Assembly: GCA_016196885.1 (NCBI GenBank)
Contig: JACPWU010000046.1
Coordinates: 1 to 32,000 of the forward strand
DNA: 32,000 bases
Source of the DNA: Chlamydiota bacterium
Lineage (GTDB): Bacteria; Auribacterota; JACPWU01
Direction: 5' to 3'
The notes beneath the pieces were generated by a model that searched no databases, had not been told where the DNA came from, and saw only the letters and a list, made by a program, of their open reading frames with translations. Below are positions 16,791 through 25,800 of the stretch, piece by piece. Positions within the stretch are counted from its first letter, which is position 1. Each line of letters starts with the position of its first letter. The translations under genes were made by a program, and so were the position numbers.

Positions 16791-18019
16791 TATTTTAAAA
16801 ACCTCCTCACACAATCAAACGCCGCCTGTGTCGCTTTAAAGCGAACAGTATCGCGGTCTCCGGAAAAATGAAAAGATTTTGCTGTCGTTTTCTTTCCATC
16901 GCTCAAGCCAATCCACACCAAGCCCACAGGTTTCTGAGGAGAACCGCCTTCCGGCCCCGCAATCCCAGTAATAGAAAGCCCTAAATCCGCTTTGAACTCT
17001 TTGCAAACCCCTTGGGCCATTTCTAAAGCGACCTTTTCGCTCACCGCTCCATATTTTTTTAAACTCTTTTCGTCAACGCCTAAAAAGTGTTTTTTTGAAT
17101 CATTCGAATAACTCACCACCCCACCCCGAAAAATTTTTGACACCCCCGAAACCGAAGTCAAACGCTGAGAGAAAAGACCGCCTGTACAGGATTCAGCCAC
17201 CGTAAACTGTTTATTTTTTTTGATCAAAAGATTTGCTATGACCTCATGCAAAGAGTTATTGTTTTCTCCATAAAGCCAAGGTTGAAGTGCCCTTTCTATT
17301 TTTTTAAGACGTTCTTGAAAGATCCTTTTCTTTCCTTGAGGAATGGCAACGCGAACACTGACACCTGAGGGGGCGGAAACATAACCCAAACTTCTTAAAA
17401 ATGGATCATCATTTCTAAAAGTCCGATTCATCAATTCTTGAACACTCGACTCCACAATTCCATAAGTTTTGAATGTACAAAATTCAAAAATCCCTTTTCC
17501 AAAAAACTTTTTAACTCTGGGAAGAACATCCCTTTCAAACATCGGCCCCATTTCATAGGGAGGACCCGGCAGGAGAAAAATTTGTTTCCCCTGATATTCT
17601 AAGAACATGCCAGGGGCTGTTCCCACCTTATTCCAAATGACCTGAGCCCCTTTTAAAATAAGGGCCTGTGCCTTGGCAATTTTGGGAAGCGGAAGATTTC
17701 GAGTATGGAATTTTTTCTGAATATCTTTCAAAACTTTTGAATTAGATTTTAAAGGAAGATTTAAAACTTGAGAGGTTACTTCACGGGTTAAATCATCGGT
17801 GGTGGGTCCTAAACCACCCGTCAGAATGATAATATCGGCAAAGCGAACACACGCAGAGAAAACACTTTTTAAGTCTTGATCATCATCTCCAACCACCACA
17901 TGACGATGGAGAGGAATTCCCACTTCGGAAAGCCAACCTGCCATGAGGTAAAAATCTTGATCCTGGACTTTCCCCAACATCAACTCTGTTCCTGTCGCAA
18001 TCGTGACAATCTTTTTCAA
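16790..18019 (-). CDS. cinA: competence/damage-inducible protein CinA (MoCF-type N-domain plus nicotinamide-nucleotide amidase C-domain)
   Basis: N-terminal ILTGGLGPTTDDLT. C-terminal VAESCTGGLFSQRLTSVSGVS and GLSITGIAGPEGG. Confidence 0.92.
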   Translation of the reverse strand: MKKIVTIATGTELMLGKVQDQDFYLMAGWLSEVGIPLHRHVVVGDDDQDLKSVFSACVRFADIIILTGGLGPTTDDLTREVTSQVLNLPLKSNSKVLKDIQKKFHTRNLPLPKIAKAQALILKGAQVIWNKVGTAPGMFLEYQGKQIFLLPGPPYEMGPMFERDVLPRVKKFFGKGIFEFCTFKTYGIVESSVQELMNRTFRNDDPFLRSLGYVSAPSGVSVRVAIPQGKKRIFQERLKKIERALQPWLYGENNNSLHEVIANLLIKKNKQFTVAESCTGGLFSQRLTSVSGVSKIFRGGVVSYSNDSKKHFLGVDEKSLKKYGAVSEKVALEMAQGVCKEFKADLGLSITGIAGPEGGSPQKPVGLVWIGLSDGKKTTAKSFHFSGDRDTVRFKATQAAFDCVRRFLK

Positions 18020-18032
18020 AGAGTTTATTCCT

Positions 18033-18998
18033 CTAGACCTTGCTCTTAAAATACTCTATCACTCTCTTTAAAATGCCATCCAAGGAAATCTTGGGCTCAA
18101 ACTGGATGATTTTTTTCACCTTAGAAATATCAGGAACTCTGGCGTGCATGTCTTCAAAACCCTGAGCATAGGCCTTTTCATAAGGGACAAATTCTACCTT
18201 GGAAGAGCTTCCGGAAAGGCGAATCACGCGTTCAGCCAATTTTTGAATCGAAATTTCTTCCTGAGAACCAATGTTAAAGACTTCTCCCACAGCCTTGTCC
18301 TGCAAAGATAAATCTATCAGCGCTTTTGTAACATCCTCTACATCGCAAAAACTGCGACTCTGACTTCCATCGCCATAAACCGTTAAAGCTTCTCCAGCCA
18401 ATGCCTGCTGAACAAATCGAGGGATCACCATCCCATAACGGCCTGTCTGACGGGGGCCTACTGTATTAAAAAGTCTTACAATCACGACAGGAAGTTTTTT
18501 CTCATGCCAATAGGCCAAGGCTAAAAATTCATCAATCGCCTTGGAACAGGCATAACTCCACCTGCTTCGGGTGGTAGGTCCTAAAACCATATCGTCATCT
18601 TCTTTAAAAGGGATCTTGTTGTTTTTTCCATACACCTCAGAGGTAGAAGCCAAAATAACTTTCTTTCCTTTCATGTTGGCCGCGTCCAAAACCTTTTCTG
18701 TTCCCCGAATATTCGTCTCAATCGTCCGAACAGGACTGTCCACAATCAATCGCACACCGACCGCAGCTGCTAAATGATAAACCACATCTGACCGGTCTAT
18801 CCATTCGCAAAGCAAAGAATAATTCATAATGCTTTCAATGATGTAATGAAAATTTGGATAAGCTTTAAGATGTTCAATGTTCTCAATACTGCCCGTGGAT
18901 AAATCATCCATCACATAGATGTGATGATTTTGCTTGAGCAAGGCCTCTGCTAAATGAGAACCAATAAAACCTGCGCCACCTGTGATGAATACTTTCAT
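18033..18998 (-). CDS. NAD-dependent sugar-nucleotide epimerase/dehydratase (extended SDR)
   Basis: [16 protein letters not shown] Rossmann motif, catalytic YACSK, STSEVYG. The start overlaps the GT2 stop (ATGA). Confidence 0.9.
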   Translation of the reverse strand: MKVFITGGAGFIGSHLAEALLKQNHHIYVMDDLSTGSIENIEHLKAYPNFHYIIESIMNYSLLCEWIDRSDVVYHLAAAVGVRLIVDSPVRTIETNIRGTEKVLDAANMKGKKVILASTSEVYGKNNKIPFKEDDDMVLGPTTRSRWSYACSKAIDEFLALAYWHEKKLPVVIVRLFNTVGPRQTGRYGMVIPRFVQQALAGEALTVYGDGSQSRSFCDVEDVTKALIDLSLQDKAVGEVFNIGSQEEISIQKLAERVIRLSGSSSKVEFVPYEKAYAQGFEDMHARVPDISKVKKIIQFEPKISLDGILKRVIEYFKSKV

Positions 18999-19774
18999 AT
19001 CGTCGTGAGTCGTGAGTCGTGAGTCGTGAGTTGATTGTTCTTAGATTCAAAAATTCTAAATTGGCATAATTTAAATTTTTGGAGCATATACTGTACCAAT
19101 GTCAACAAAACCCGACATCCGTAAATGATGCTTCTTTTAAGATTAATAGAGGAAGCTTCTTTCATATAGCGAACAGGCACAGGAATATCTCCGATGCGAA
19201 ATCCAAAATACACACATTGAGCTAAAAACTGGGCATCAAAAGCATAATCATTCGAATTATTTTCAAAGGGAATTGTTTCTAACACTTTTCGTGTATAGGC
19301 TCGCAAACCACTGTGTCCATCTCCCATATTCTGCCCCAAAATCACATTCATCACAAAGGTTAAAAAGCGATTCGCAAAATATTTATAGACAGGCATCCCT
19401 CCCTGCAAAGTTTCTTCACGGGTTCGAATCCGATTGCCCAACACCACATCGCACACCCCCGTTTGGAGAAATCCTGCAATGTAGGGAACCAGGCGACTGT
19501 CGTATTGATAATCCGGGTGAATCATCACCACCACATCCGCGCCTCGCTTCAAGGCCTCTTCGTAACATGTCTTTTGATTGCCCCCATAGCCGCGATTTTT
19601 CGAATGAGTGATGACCGTCAACCCTAGATGTTTGGCAATTTCAACAGTCTGACCTCCACTGGCATCATCCACCAAGATTATTTCTGAATAAGACCCCTTC
19701 GGAATATCTCGAAATGTTTTTTCTAAAGTTTTTTCCGCATGATAGGCGGGCATGACGATGATGATTTTACTCAT
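18995..19774 (-). CDS. family 2 glycosyltransferase
   Basis: [16 protein letters not shown] ... [13 protein letters not shown] ... NRGYGGNQK. The C-terminal tail ([11 protein letters not shown]) is encoded by a 7-nt tandem repeat. Confidence 0.9.
   Translation of the reverse strand: MSKIIIVMPAYHAEKTLEKTFRDIPKGSYSEIILVDDASGGQTVEIAKHLGLTVITHSKNRGYGGNQKTCYEEALKRGADVVVMIHPDYQYDSRLVPYIAGFLQTGVCDVVLGNRIRTREETLQGGMPVYKYFANRFLTFVMNVILGQNMGDGHSGLRAYTRKVLETIPFENNSNDYAFDAQFLAQCVYFGFRIGDIPVPVRYMKEASSINLKRSIIYGCRVLLTLVQYMLQKFKLCQFRIFESKNNQLTTHDSRLTTI
19004..19031. repeat. perfect tandem repeat (cgtgagt) x4
   Basis: Read directly. It lies 5 nt upstream of the epimerase ATG and inside the last codons of the GT2 gene. 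Confidence 0.9.
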
Positions 19775-19776
19775 TA

Positions 19777-19902
19777 AAACCTCTCAAAAAGGTCCCAGAG
19801 GGAAGCGCGCCCGCGAGCGACCGCGGAGGCGTACGTTTTCGAGTACGCCGCACAAGGGAGCGAAGTGGGCAACGCCGCAGATGGGCCTTTTTCAGAGGTT
19901 TT
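19777..19902. other. long GC-rich imperfect hairpin filling the whole mnmA-GT2 intergenic space
   Basis: Outer arms aaaacctctcaaaaaggtccca (19777-19798) and tgggcctttttcagaggtttt (19882-19902). Inner hairpin ggcgtac-gttttcga-gtacgcc (19828-19849). The local GC content is far above that of the flanks. Confidence 0.5.
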
Positions 19903-21007
19903 ATTCAATGAATCCTCCGCCCAACACCTGATCCCCATCATAAAAGACAGCCGCCTGCCCAGGCGTTACTGCTTTTTCTGGACTCAACAATTGGACCTGT
20001 GCGTGACTCTCATCCAAAAACGAAACGGTCACTCTCGCCCCTTCATGCATACTTCGAATTTTCACAGTACATTCCACAAGGTCTTTTGGTTTTTGATTTG
20101 AGATCCAATGTGTGTCTTTTGTCCTAAATCCTGAAACATAAAGGTCTTTTTCTTCTCCCACAATCACGGTGTTTGTTTTTCCATCTAAAGCCACTACATA
20201 CGCAGGATGTCCAAATGCAATCCCCAACCCTTTTCTCTGGCCAATGGTAAAATTCTGAATGCCTTCATGCGTTCCAATCATATTTCCAGCCATGTCTTTC
20301 ATAGGCCCTTTTTGAAACTCACCGGGGACCGCCTTCTTCAAGAAGTTGACATATTTTCCATCCGGTACAAAACAAATCTCCTGGCTGTCTGATTTATCGA
20401 AAACTTTAAGCCCTGCTTTTTTGGCCAATTCACGACTTTCAGATTTTGTCCTATTTCCCAAAGGAAAATAAAGTTTGGAAAGCTTGCCTTGAGTCAGGGT
20501 ATAAAGAAAATAGGACTGATCTTTCTTTAAATCCTTTCCCTTACGTAAAATAAATTCTCCTTTTTTTTCTTCTACATTGGCATAGTGGCCTGTCGCTAAT
20601 TTCCAAGCTCCTAATTTTTCAGCAAATTCAAGCATGCTTCCAAATTTTAATTTCCGATTGCACACAACACAAGGATTGGGGGTTCTCCCCTCACGATATT
20701 CATTACAAAAATAATCAATGACATTTTCTTGAAAAGCCTCTTTGTGATCAATCACATAAAAAGGAATGCCCAATTGATAGGCCACAGACCGACCATCTTC
20801 CACCGCTCGAGGCCCACAGCAGGCATGTTCTCCTGTATCCGAGCAATCCCCAAGCCAAACTTTGAGTGTGATCCCAATCACCTCATAGCCCTGCTCTTTT
20901 AGAAGCAAAGCCGCAACACTGGAATCCACTCCACCGCTCATGCCAACGACAATGCGAAGCGATTTTGGATTTTGGATTTTGGATTTTGGATTTAACGATT
21001 CCATCAT
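19901..21007 (-). CDS. mnmA: tRNA 2-thiouridine(34) synthase MnmA
   Basis: PP-loop VVGMSGGVDSSVAALLL, CCGPRAVEDGRSVA, GHYA. The start overlaps the stop of the upstream cysteine desulfurase gene. Confidence 0.95.
   Translation of the reverse strand: MMESLNPKSKIQNPKSLRIVVGMSGGVDSSVAALLLKEQGYEVIGITLKVWLGDCSDTGEHACCGPRAVEDGRSVAYQLGIPFYVIDHKEAFQENVIDYFCNEYREGRTPNPCVVCNRKLKFGSMLEFAEKLGAWKLATGHYANVEEKKGEFILRKGKDLKKDQSYFLYTLTQGKLSKLYFPLGNRTKSESRELAKKAGLKVFDKSDSQEICFVPDGKYVNFLKKAVPGEFQKGPMKDMAGNMIGTHEGIQNFTIGQRKGLGIAFGHPAYVVALDGKTNTVIVGEEKDLYVSGFRTKDTHWISNQKPKDLVECTVKIRSMHEGARVTVSFLDESHAQVQLLSPEKAVTPGQAAVFYDGDQVLGGGFIE
20961..20993. repeat. tandem repeat (gattttg) x4.7 inside the first codons of mnmA
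   Basis: Read directly. Translated as NPKSKIQNPKS. Confidence 0.9.
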
Positions 21008-22215
21008 TTTCTTAACCTTCCCACCACTTCAGAAACTTTTTCAATTGTAAAATCTATATCCTCCTCCCTATTCCCCCACCCCAAAGAAAATCGAATCGCA
21101 CCTTGGGCTCTTTCGCGAGACAAGCCCAGCGCCATCAGAACAGGAGAAGGTTCAATCCCTCCGGATAAACAAGCCGAGCCGCTCGATGCCGCAATTCCCT
21201 CTAAATCCAAATTTAAAAGAAGCGCCAGACCATCGACTTCGCCAAAAGAAAGATTGAGCGTATTCGGTAAGGATTTCGAAGGATGTCCATTCAAAAAACA
21301 ATCCTTGATGCGATTTTGAAGGCCTTCACATAATTTCTGTTTCAATTTTTCCATTTTAAGAAACTCGCTTGGGTCTTTGCTGGAAAGTATTTCTGCCGCC
21401 TTCCCAAATCCCACAATGCCTGCAACATTTTCAGTCCCGGCCCTCATGTCCCGCTCATGATGCGCTCCATGAATGAGCGAATGAATTTTTAAATCATCTC
21501 TGACATAAAGAGCGCCTACGCCTTTAGGCCCTCCCATTTTATGAGATGAAATAGAATAAAGATCCACCCCCAAAGCTCGCAAATCAAGAGTCATTTTCCC
21601 TGCAGCCTGAACTCCATCCAAATGGACCCCAATCCCCTTCTCATTGGCAAAAGCAATCACTTCTTCCACAGGCTCAATCGTCCCAATTTCATTTTGCGCA
21701 TGAATCAATGAAATTAAAGTTGTCTGGGACGTAATAGACCTCTTCGCATCTTCGAGAGAAATCAAACCCGTAGAATCTACAGGTAAAACACTCAGTGAAA
21801 AATCAAACTCATTTTCCAAATAATGGCATGTTTCCAAAGTGGCAGAATGTTCAACCACAGACGTGATTAAATGTTTTCCCTTAGTACGCTTCGCAAACGC
21901 GACACCCTTAATCGCCGTGTTAATGGACTCAGAGCCCCCACTCGTAAAAATAATTTGGTCCCGTCGAACCTTGAGCCATTGAGCCACTTGATTCCTAGCA
22001 TTTTCCACCGCCTGCTTCGCATGACGCCCTTCTCCATGCACGCTGAAAGGATTGCCGTAAACCCCGTCCAGATAAGGACGCATGGCGTCGGCTACCCCTA
22101 AAAGCATGGGCGAAGTGCTGTTGTAATCCAGATAAACACGGAACTGAAAAGCAGTCATAGGGAAAGATCCTACACCATCTTGAGGGGTAAGCCTATAGGG
22201 ATTTTTGTATGCCAT
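21004..22215 (-). CDS. cysteine desulfurase (NifS/IscS family)
   Basis: YLDYNSTSP, PLP-lysine motif SSHKMGGPKGVGALYVR, active-site loop SSGSACLSG. An alternative start is ATG 22158 (MTAFQFRVYLDYN). Confidence 0.92.
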   Translation of the reverse strand: MAYKNPYRLTPQDGVGSFPMTAFQFRVYLDYNSTSPMLLGVADAMRPYLDGVYGNPFSVHGEGRHAKQAVENARNQVAQWLKVRRDQIIFTSGGSESINTAIKGVAFAKRTKGKHLITSVVEHSATLETCHYLENEFDFSLSVLPVDSTGLISLEDAKRSITSQTTLISLIHAQNEIGTIEPVEEVIAFANEKGIGVHLDGVQAAGKMTLDLRALGVDLYSISSHKMGGPKGVGALYVRDDLKIHSLIHGAHHERDMRAGTENVAGIVGFGKAAEILSSKDPSEFLKMEKLKQKLCEGLQNRIKDCFLNGHPSKSLPNTLNLSFGEVDGLALLLNLDLEGIAASSGSACLSGGIEPSPVLMALGLSRERAQGAIRFSLGWGNREEDIDFTIEKVSEVVGRLRK

Positions 22216-22245
22216 GAAAAGGAGAAAAAGATGGAATGGAATTTT

Positions 22246-22578
22246 TCATCCACATTTCTTAACCACATCATCCATAAAAGCCCTAAAACATGAAAGAACA
22301 TCTTTTGGATAGGGGGAGGATTCAACAGTATGATCCTGACCCTTATGAAAATGATAAGGAAAGGTGGAAACACCTTTCCATTCAGGGTCTGGAAAATTAT
22401 CTAAGCGATAGATCAAACCATCTATATGCCGCCGTTCCCAATGAATTGCAAAACGTTCCTCAATTATTTTAGCGAGATATACATCAATAAAACTATGATC
22501 ACAAAGCTGAATTCTGAGTTTTGAACCCAGGTATTCTGTGAAGGATACAACGGCAGGAAACTCCAGCTCGGCAACTCG
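22246..22578 (-). pseudogene. TumE-like (DUF6516) toxin-family ORF without a usable start codon
   Basis: 110-codon open frame that is absent from the ORF track because it has no ATG/GTG/TTG near its 5' end: RVAELEFPAVVSFTEYLGSKLRIQLCDHSFIDVYLAKIIEERFAIHWERRHIDGLIYRLDNFPDPEWKGVSTFPYHFHKGQDHTVESSPYPKDVLSCFRAFMDDV. The HW..(n)..YR.DN.P......FP.H.H core resembles DUF6516. A GTG directly after the upstream stop (22598-22596) is in another frame. Confidence 0.55.
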
Positions 22579-22598
22579 CTAATCTCATTTAATCCCAC

Positions 22599-22814
22599 TT
22601 AAACATTCTCCAGAAGAGAACTGATCTGTTTACGGCGAGTCTCCAATTCATCCAATTCGAAAAAGTCTTCCCAACCCTCTTCTTCGCGAATCTTACCCGA
22701 TTGTATGAATTGATCCAACTGAAACACATCTTTTACTTCATGACGAGATGCAATTCTAAAAATCTCCGATTCCACATGACGCAACTGTTGCTCCAAATAA
22801 GTCCGCAGACTCAT
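22599..22814 (-). CDS. small acidic hypothetical protein, start overlapping the giant ORF stop (ATGA)
   Basis: 71 aa. ATG 22814-22812 overlaps TGA 22813-22811. No family recognised. Confidence 0.5.
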   Translation of the reverse strand: MSLRTYLEQQLRHVESEIFRIASRHEVKDVFQLDQFIQSGKIREEEGWEDFFELDELETRRKQISSLLENV

Positions 22815-25800
22815 TTGACACGGATTTGGTCTTTTTCGCCGCCCATAACTAAAACAAGATTTCCTGCAATATCATTTTGATTAGTCATGGGCCAAAAATC
22901 TGAATCTTTTAAACCATGTTGATCTTTATCTACATCCCCTTTTGCGTCAAAGAAACGAGCATCTATTTTCATTTGCCTTAAGAAATGTACCATAGCCAAA
23001 ACTTCTTGAGCCCGTTCAGGATTCTCAAGCGACCTTACATCAAATGCAAATTTGAGAGGCACTCTTAAATCTGTGATCCTGCCTTGAATCGCCTTTTTTA
23101 AATTTGCCTTCAAGCTCCAAAGCTTTTTCACAGAAAGTGCAGCCCCCAAGCCCCATCTCATTTTTTCTTGAGGAGAAAGATCAGAAGAAGCCACTTCTAC
23201 ATGAACACTCGCGTCTCGAAGACTCAAAGCATCTCTCAAGGAAGTATCCAACGTTACAGAATCTTCGGAAATTCCAGCAGCCTCTTCACTCAAAGCTCGT
23301 ACTTCCCCGTCGCGAATGTTTAAAACAATCCCTTCTTTATGCGTAAAAGTGTCTCCTGCCAAACGCTCCATTCTCTGAACTTGATCTGCTACACCCGTCT
23401 GAGCAAACCCATACATCATGCGAAGCTCTAAAGCTAAACGCTGTATTTCCCCTCCTCTCTGCTCATATATTGAAAGACTCAATTCTTCTATTAAAACATC
23501 CAGCGTATTGCGCGATAGACGAGGATGATCACGTAGATATTTATCCAAAATATCTGCGAATGTCCTAAGAACTTCTGCATCTGAAATATCTCTGCGAGAT
23601 AAATAATCATCGAAGGCCCTATTTTCTATCAACGCATCATTATCTGTCAACCAGCCCATAAACTTGAGCATAACTCTTTGACGGAGGTCTAAAAAGTAAA
23701 GACTCCTGCTATCCAACAGCCTATGAACTAGAGAAACATCTTCATCTCTCATTTGCTTGACCAACCTAGATTCAGACGACAAAGTCTCAAGAAATGCTGT
23801 TTTGAAATCATCTGAATTCTCTATAAGACTTATATCTTGCACGAGACCTGTCCTTAAAATCTCAATATCTTGATATGTCAAAACTCCATGCAACTCATCG
23901 CCTTTTTTACTCATCTCATGCATAGCCTCATGCGAAGTGCCATAAATCCAGTCGGCTTGGCGATGTTCTTGAGGAATGTTGGTGAGATGCTTTAGATTAA
24001 CGAAAAATTTCCCATCGCCCACACAGTTTCCGTAGGGCGAGCGAAAGTCATAACCCTCTTTGAGATGCTTTTCATCTCCAAAATAAAAGGTGTATTCCCC
24101 ATCCGCTAAAGTTGTTGTTTCAAATTCTAAATCCTCTGCCCTTGCTCGAATAAAATCGCCCCATTTCTTCAGGAACTCTTGCTCTTGATCCGCTTTAATT
24201 CCTAAAAGTCGATAGAGCGCTTTTTTCTCATCAGAATCGGGAACACTAAACTGGCCGTCCGTCACTGTTATTGTGATCGGGTTGCCATCCAAGAGTATAT
24301 TCACCTGAGCCATTTCTTGAGAAGGATATTCTAAGTCCGACCTGTTCTGAGCGTCAAAATGGGCGTATGATCCCCCTTCAACAAGAACATTCTTCTCAGT
24401 GTCATACCTCACACTGATTTGCTCTAAATATTTCTGAAACGCCTGCTGAACGTTACGTAACAATTGCCAATCCTGATCTGTCAAAGGAACACTCACAACA
24501 TTTTGATTATGCTCATGTTGTGTTCCTCTTAGCTCGCTCCATTTATTGAGAGAGGGATAGAGCCTTGTGTATTTTTCAGGATAACCGGCCAGATAGCCTG
24601 CGAGTTCGATTAACTCTGTATCTGAAAGACCTTTTAAATCCATTGGGTAGGTTTTCACTTTTAGAATTTGCCATCCCGTCCCTTCAAAAGTCTTTTGTGC
24701 CGTGGCTCCCACCCGCAATAAGAGCGGAGGAGAAGTGACCAATTCCACTTTAAGATCAGAACGGCCGAGAAAAAGTCTCTCGACCCCTTGTTTGCTGTTG
24801 ACCAAAGTATCCACCGTCACGCGTGATGGTTGTTCTTCTATATGAATCAATTCAGGCTCATCAAATTTAGATAAAATCCCTTCTTTTTCAAAACAAAATT
24901 TTAGGATATCCGATTCTAAAAAACTTTCATCCGTGATACCTTTCTCCAACCGCTTCTTCTCAGCAGGAGTTAATGTTCCCAAAGCTTCATAGTGGACAAT
25001 GGTTTTTTCTATCAAAGGAATCGTTCCTCTTCCTCGGCCAGCAGCGATGACAATGGGAATACGCAGGCCTCTCTCATCTCGAATTCCCTTCCATGTATTC
25101 GCAAACTCTATAAAAGCTCGAAGATCCGGATTTCCTAAAGCGAGAAAAACATCCGGTAACTGATCCGAAAGTTCATCTCCTTGCGAAAGAAAATCCACGT
25201 AATCTTGAAAAACTGTTTTGAAATTTTCCCTTGCTTCCTGCAAAGGTTCTTTTCCTAAAGCAACAGTATCACTGAAAAATTTCCGCTCCTCAGGCGTTCC
25301 ATGATCACGAAGCCAACCCTTAACGTACCCCTCAGATTCGTCATATCCTCTCTGAGCTAGCTCTAAAATTTCTCTTTCCTCCCAACGAGACGCTATAGCA
25401 CCTATAAATTCAAAAACCTGAACTGTATTTTTTTTCCCAAGACGTCTAGAAATCTTACCTAGTACAGAACATACTGGTTCTTGAAGATAAACCTTTTGTT
25501 TTTCCTCCTCTGAAATTTCATCTCCTATGGCCAAGCGCGCAGAAATACCCCCCACGCCTCCAGTCTGCATAAGTTTCCGCTGATTCGCGCTCGATCTTCC
25601 CTGAATAACCGGACTCCCTCGTTCCTGAAGCGCTTCCAAAATCCCAAAATGAGCTGCACCATAAAGCAATATGACCGCATAACCTTTCTGCGATGCTTCT
25701 AAAACCTGTTCGACGATGCGACGATTCCTATTAGTCGCATACACGCTCCAAGCACTAACAACTTCATCCATCCATTGAAAATATTGAAGGCTTTGTTCTG

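Noticed and set aside
22170-22472. 67-aa (minus) and 60-aa (plus) ORFs between the desulfurase gene and the 71-aa ORF
   Set aside because: A different minus-strand frame over the same bases gives a DUF6516/TumE-like sequence, which explains the region better.
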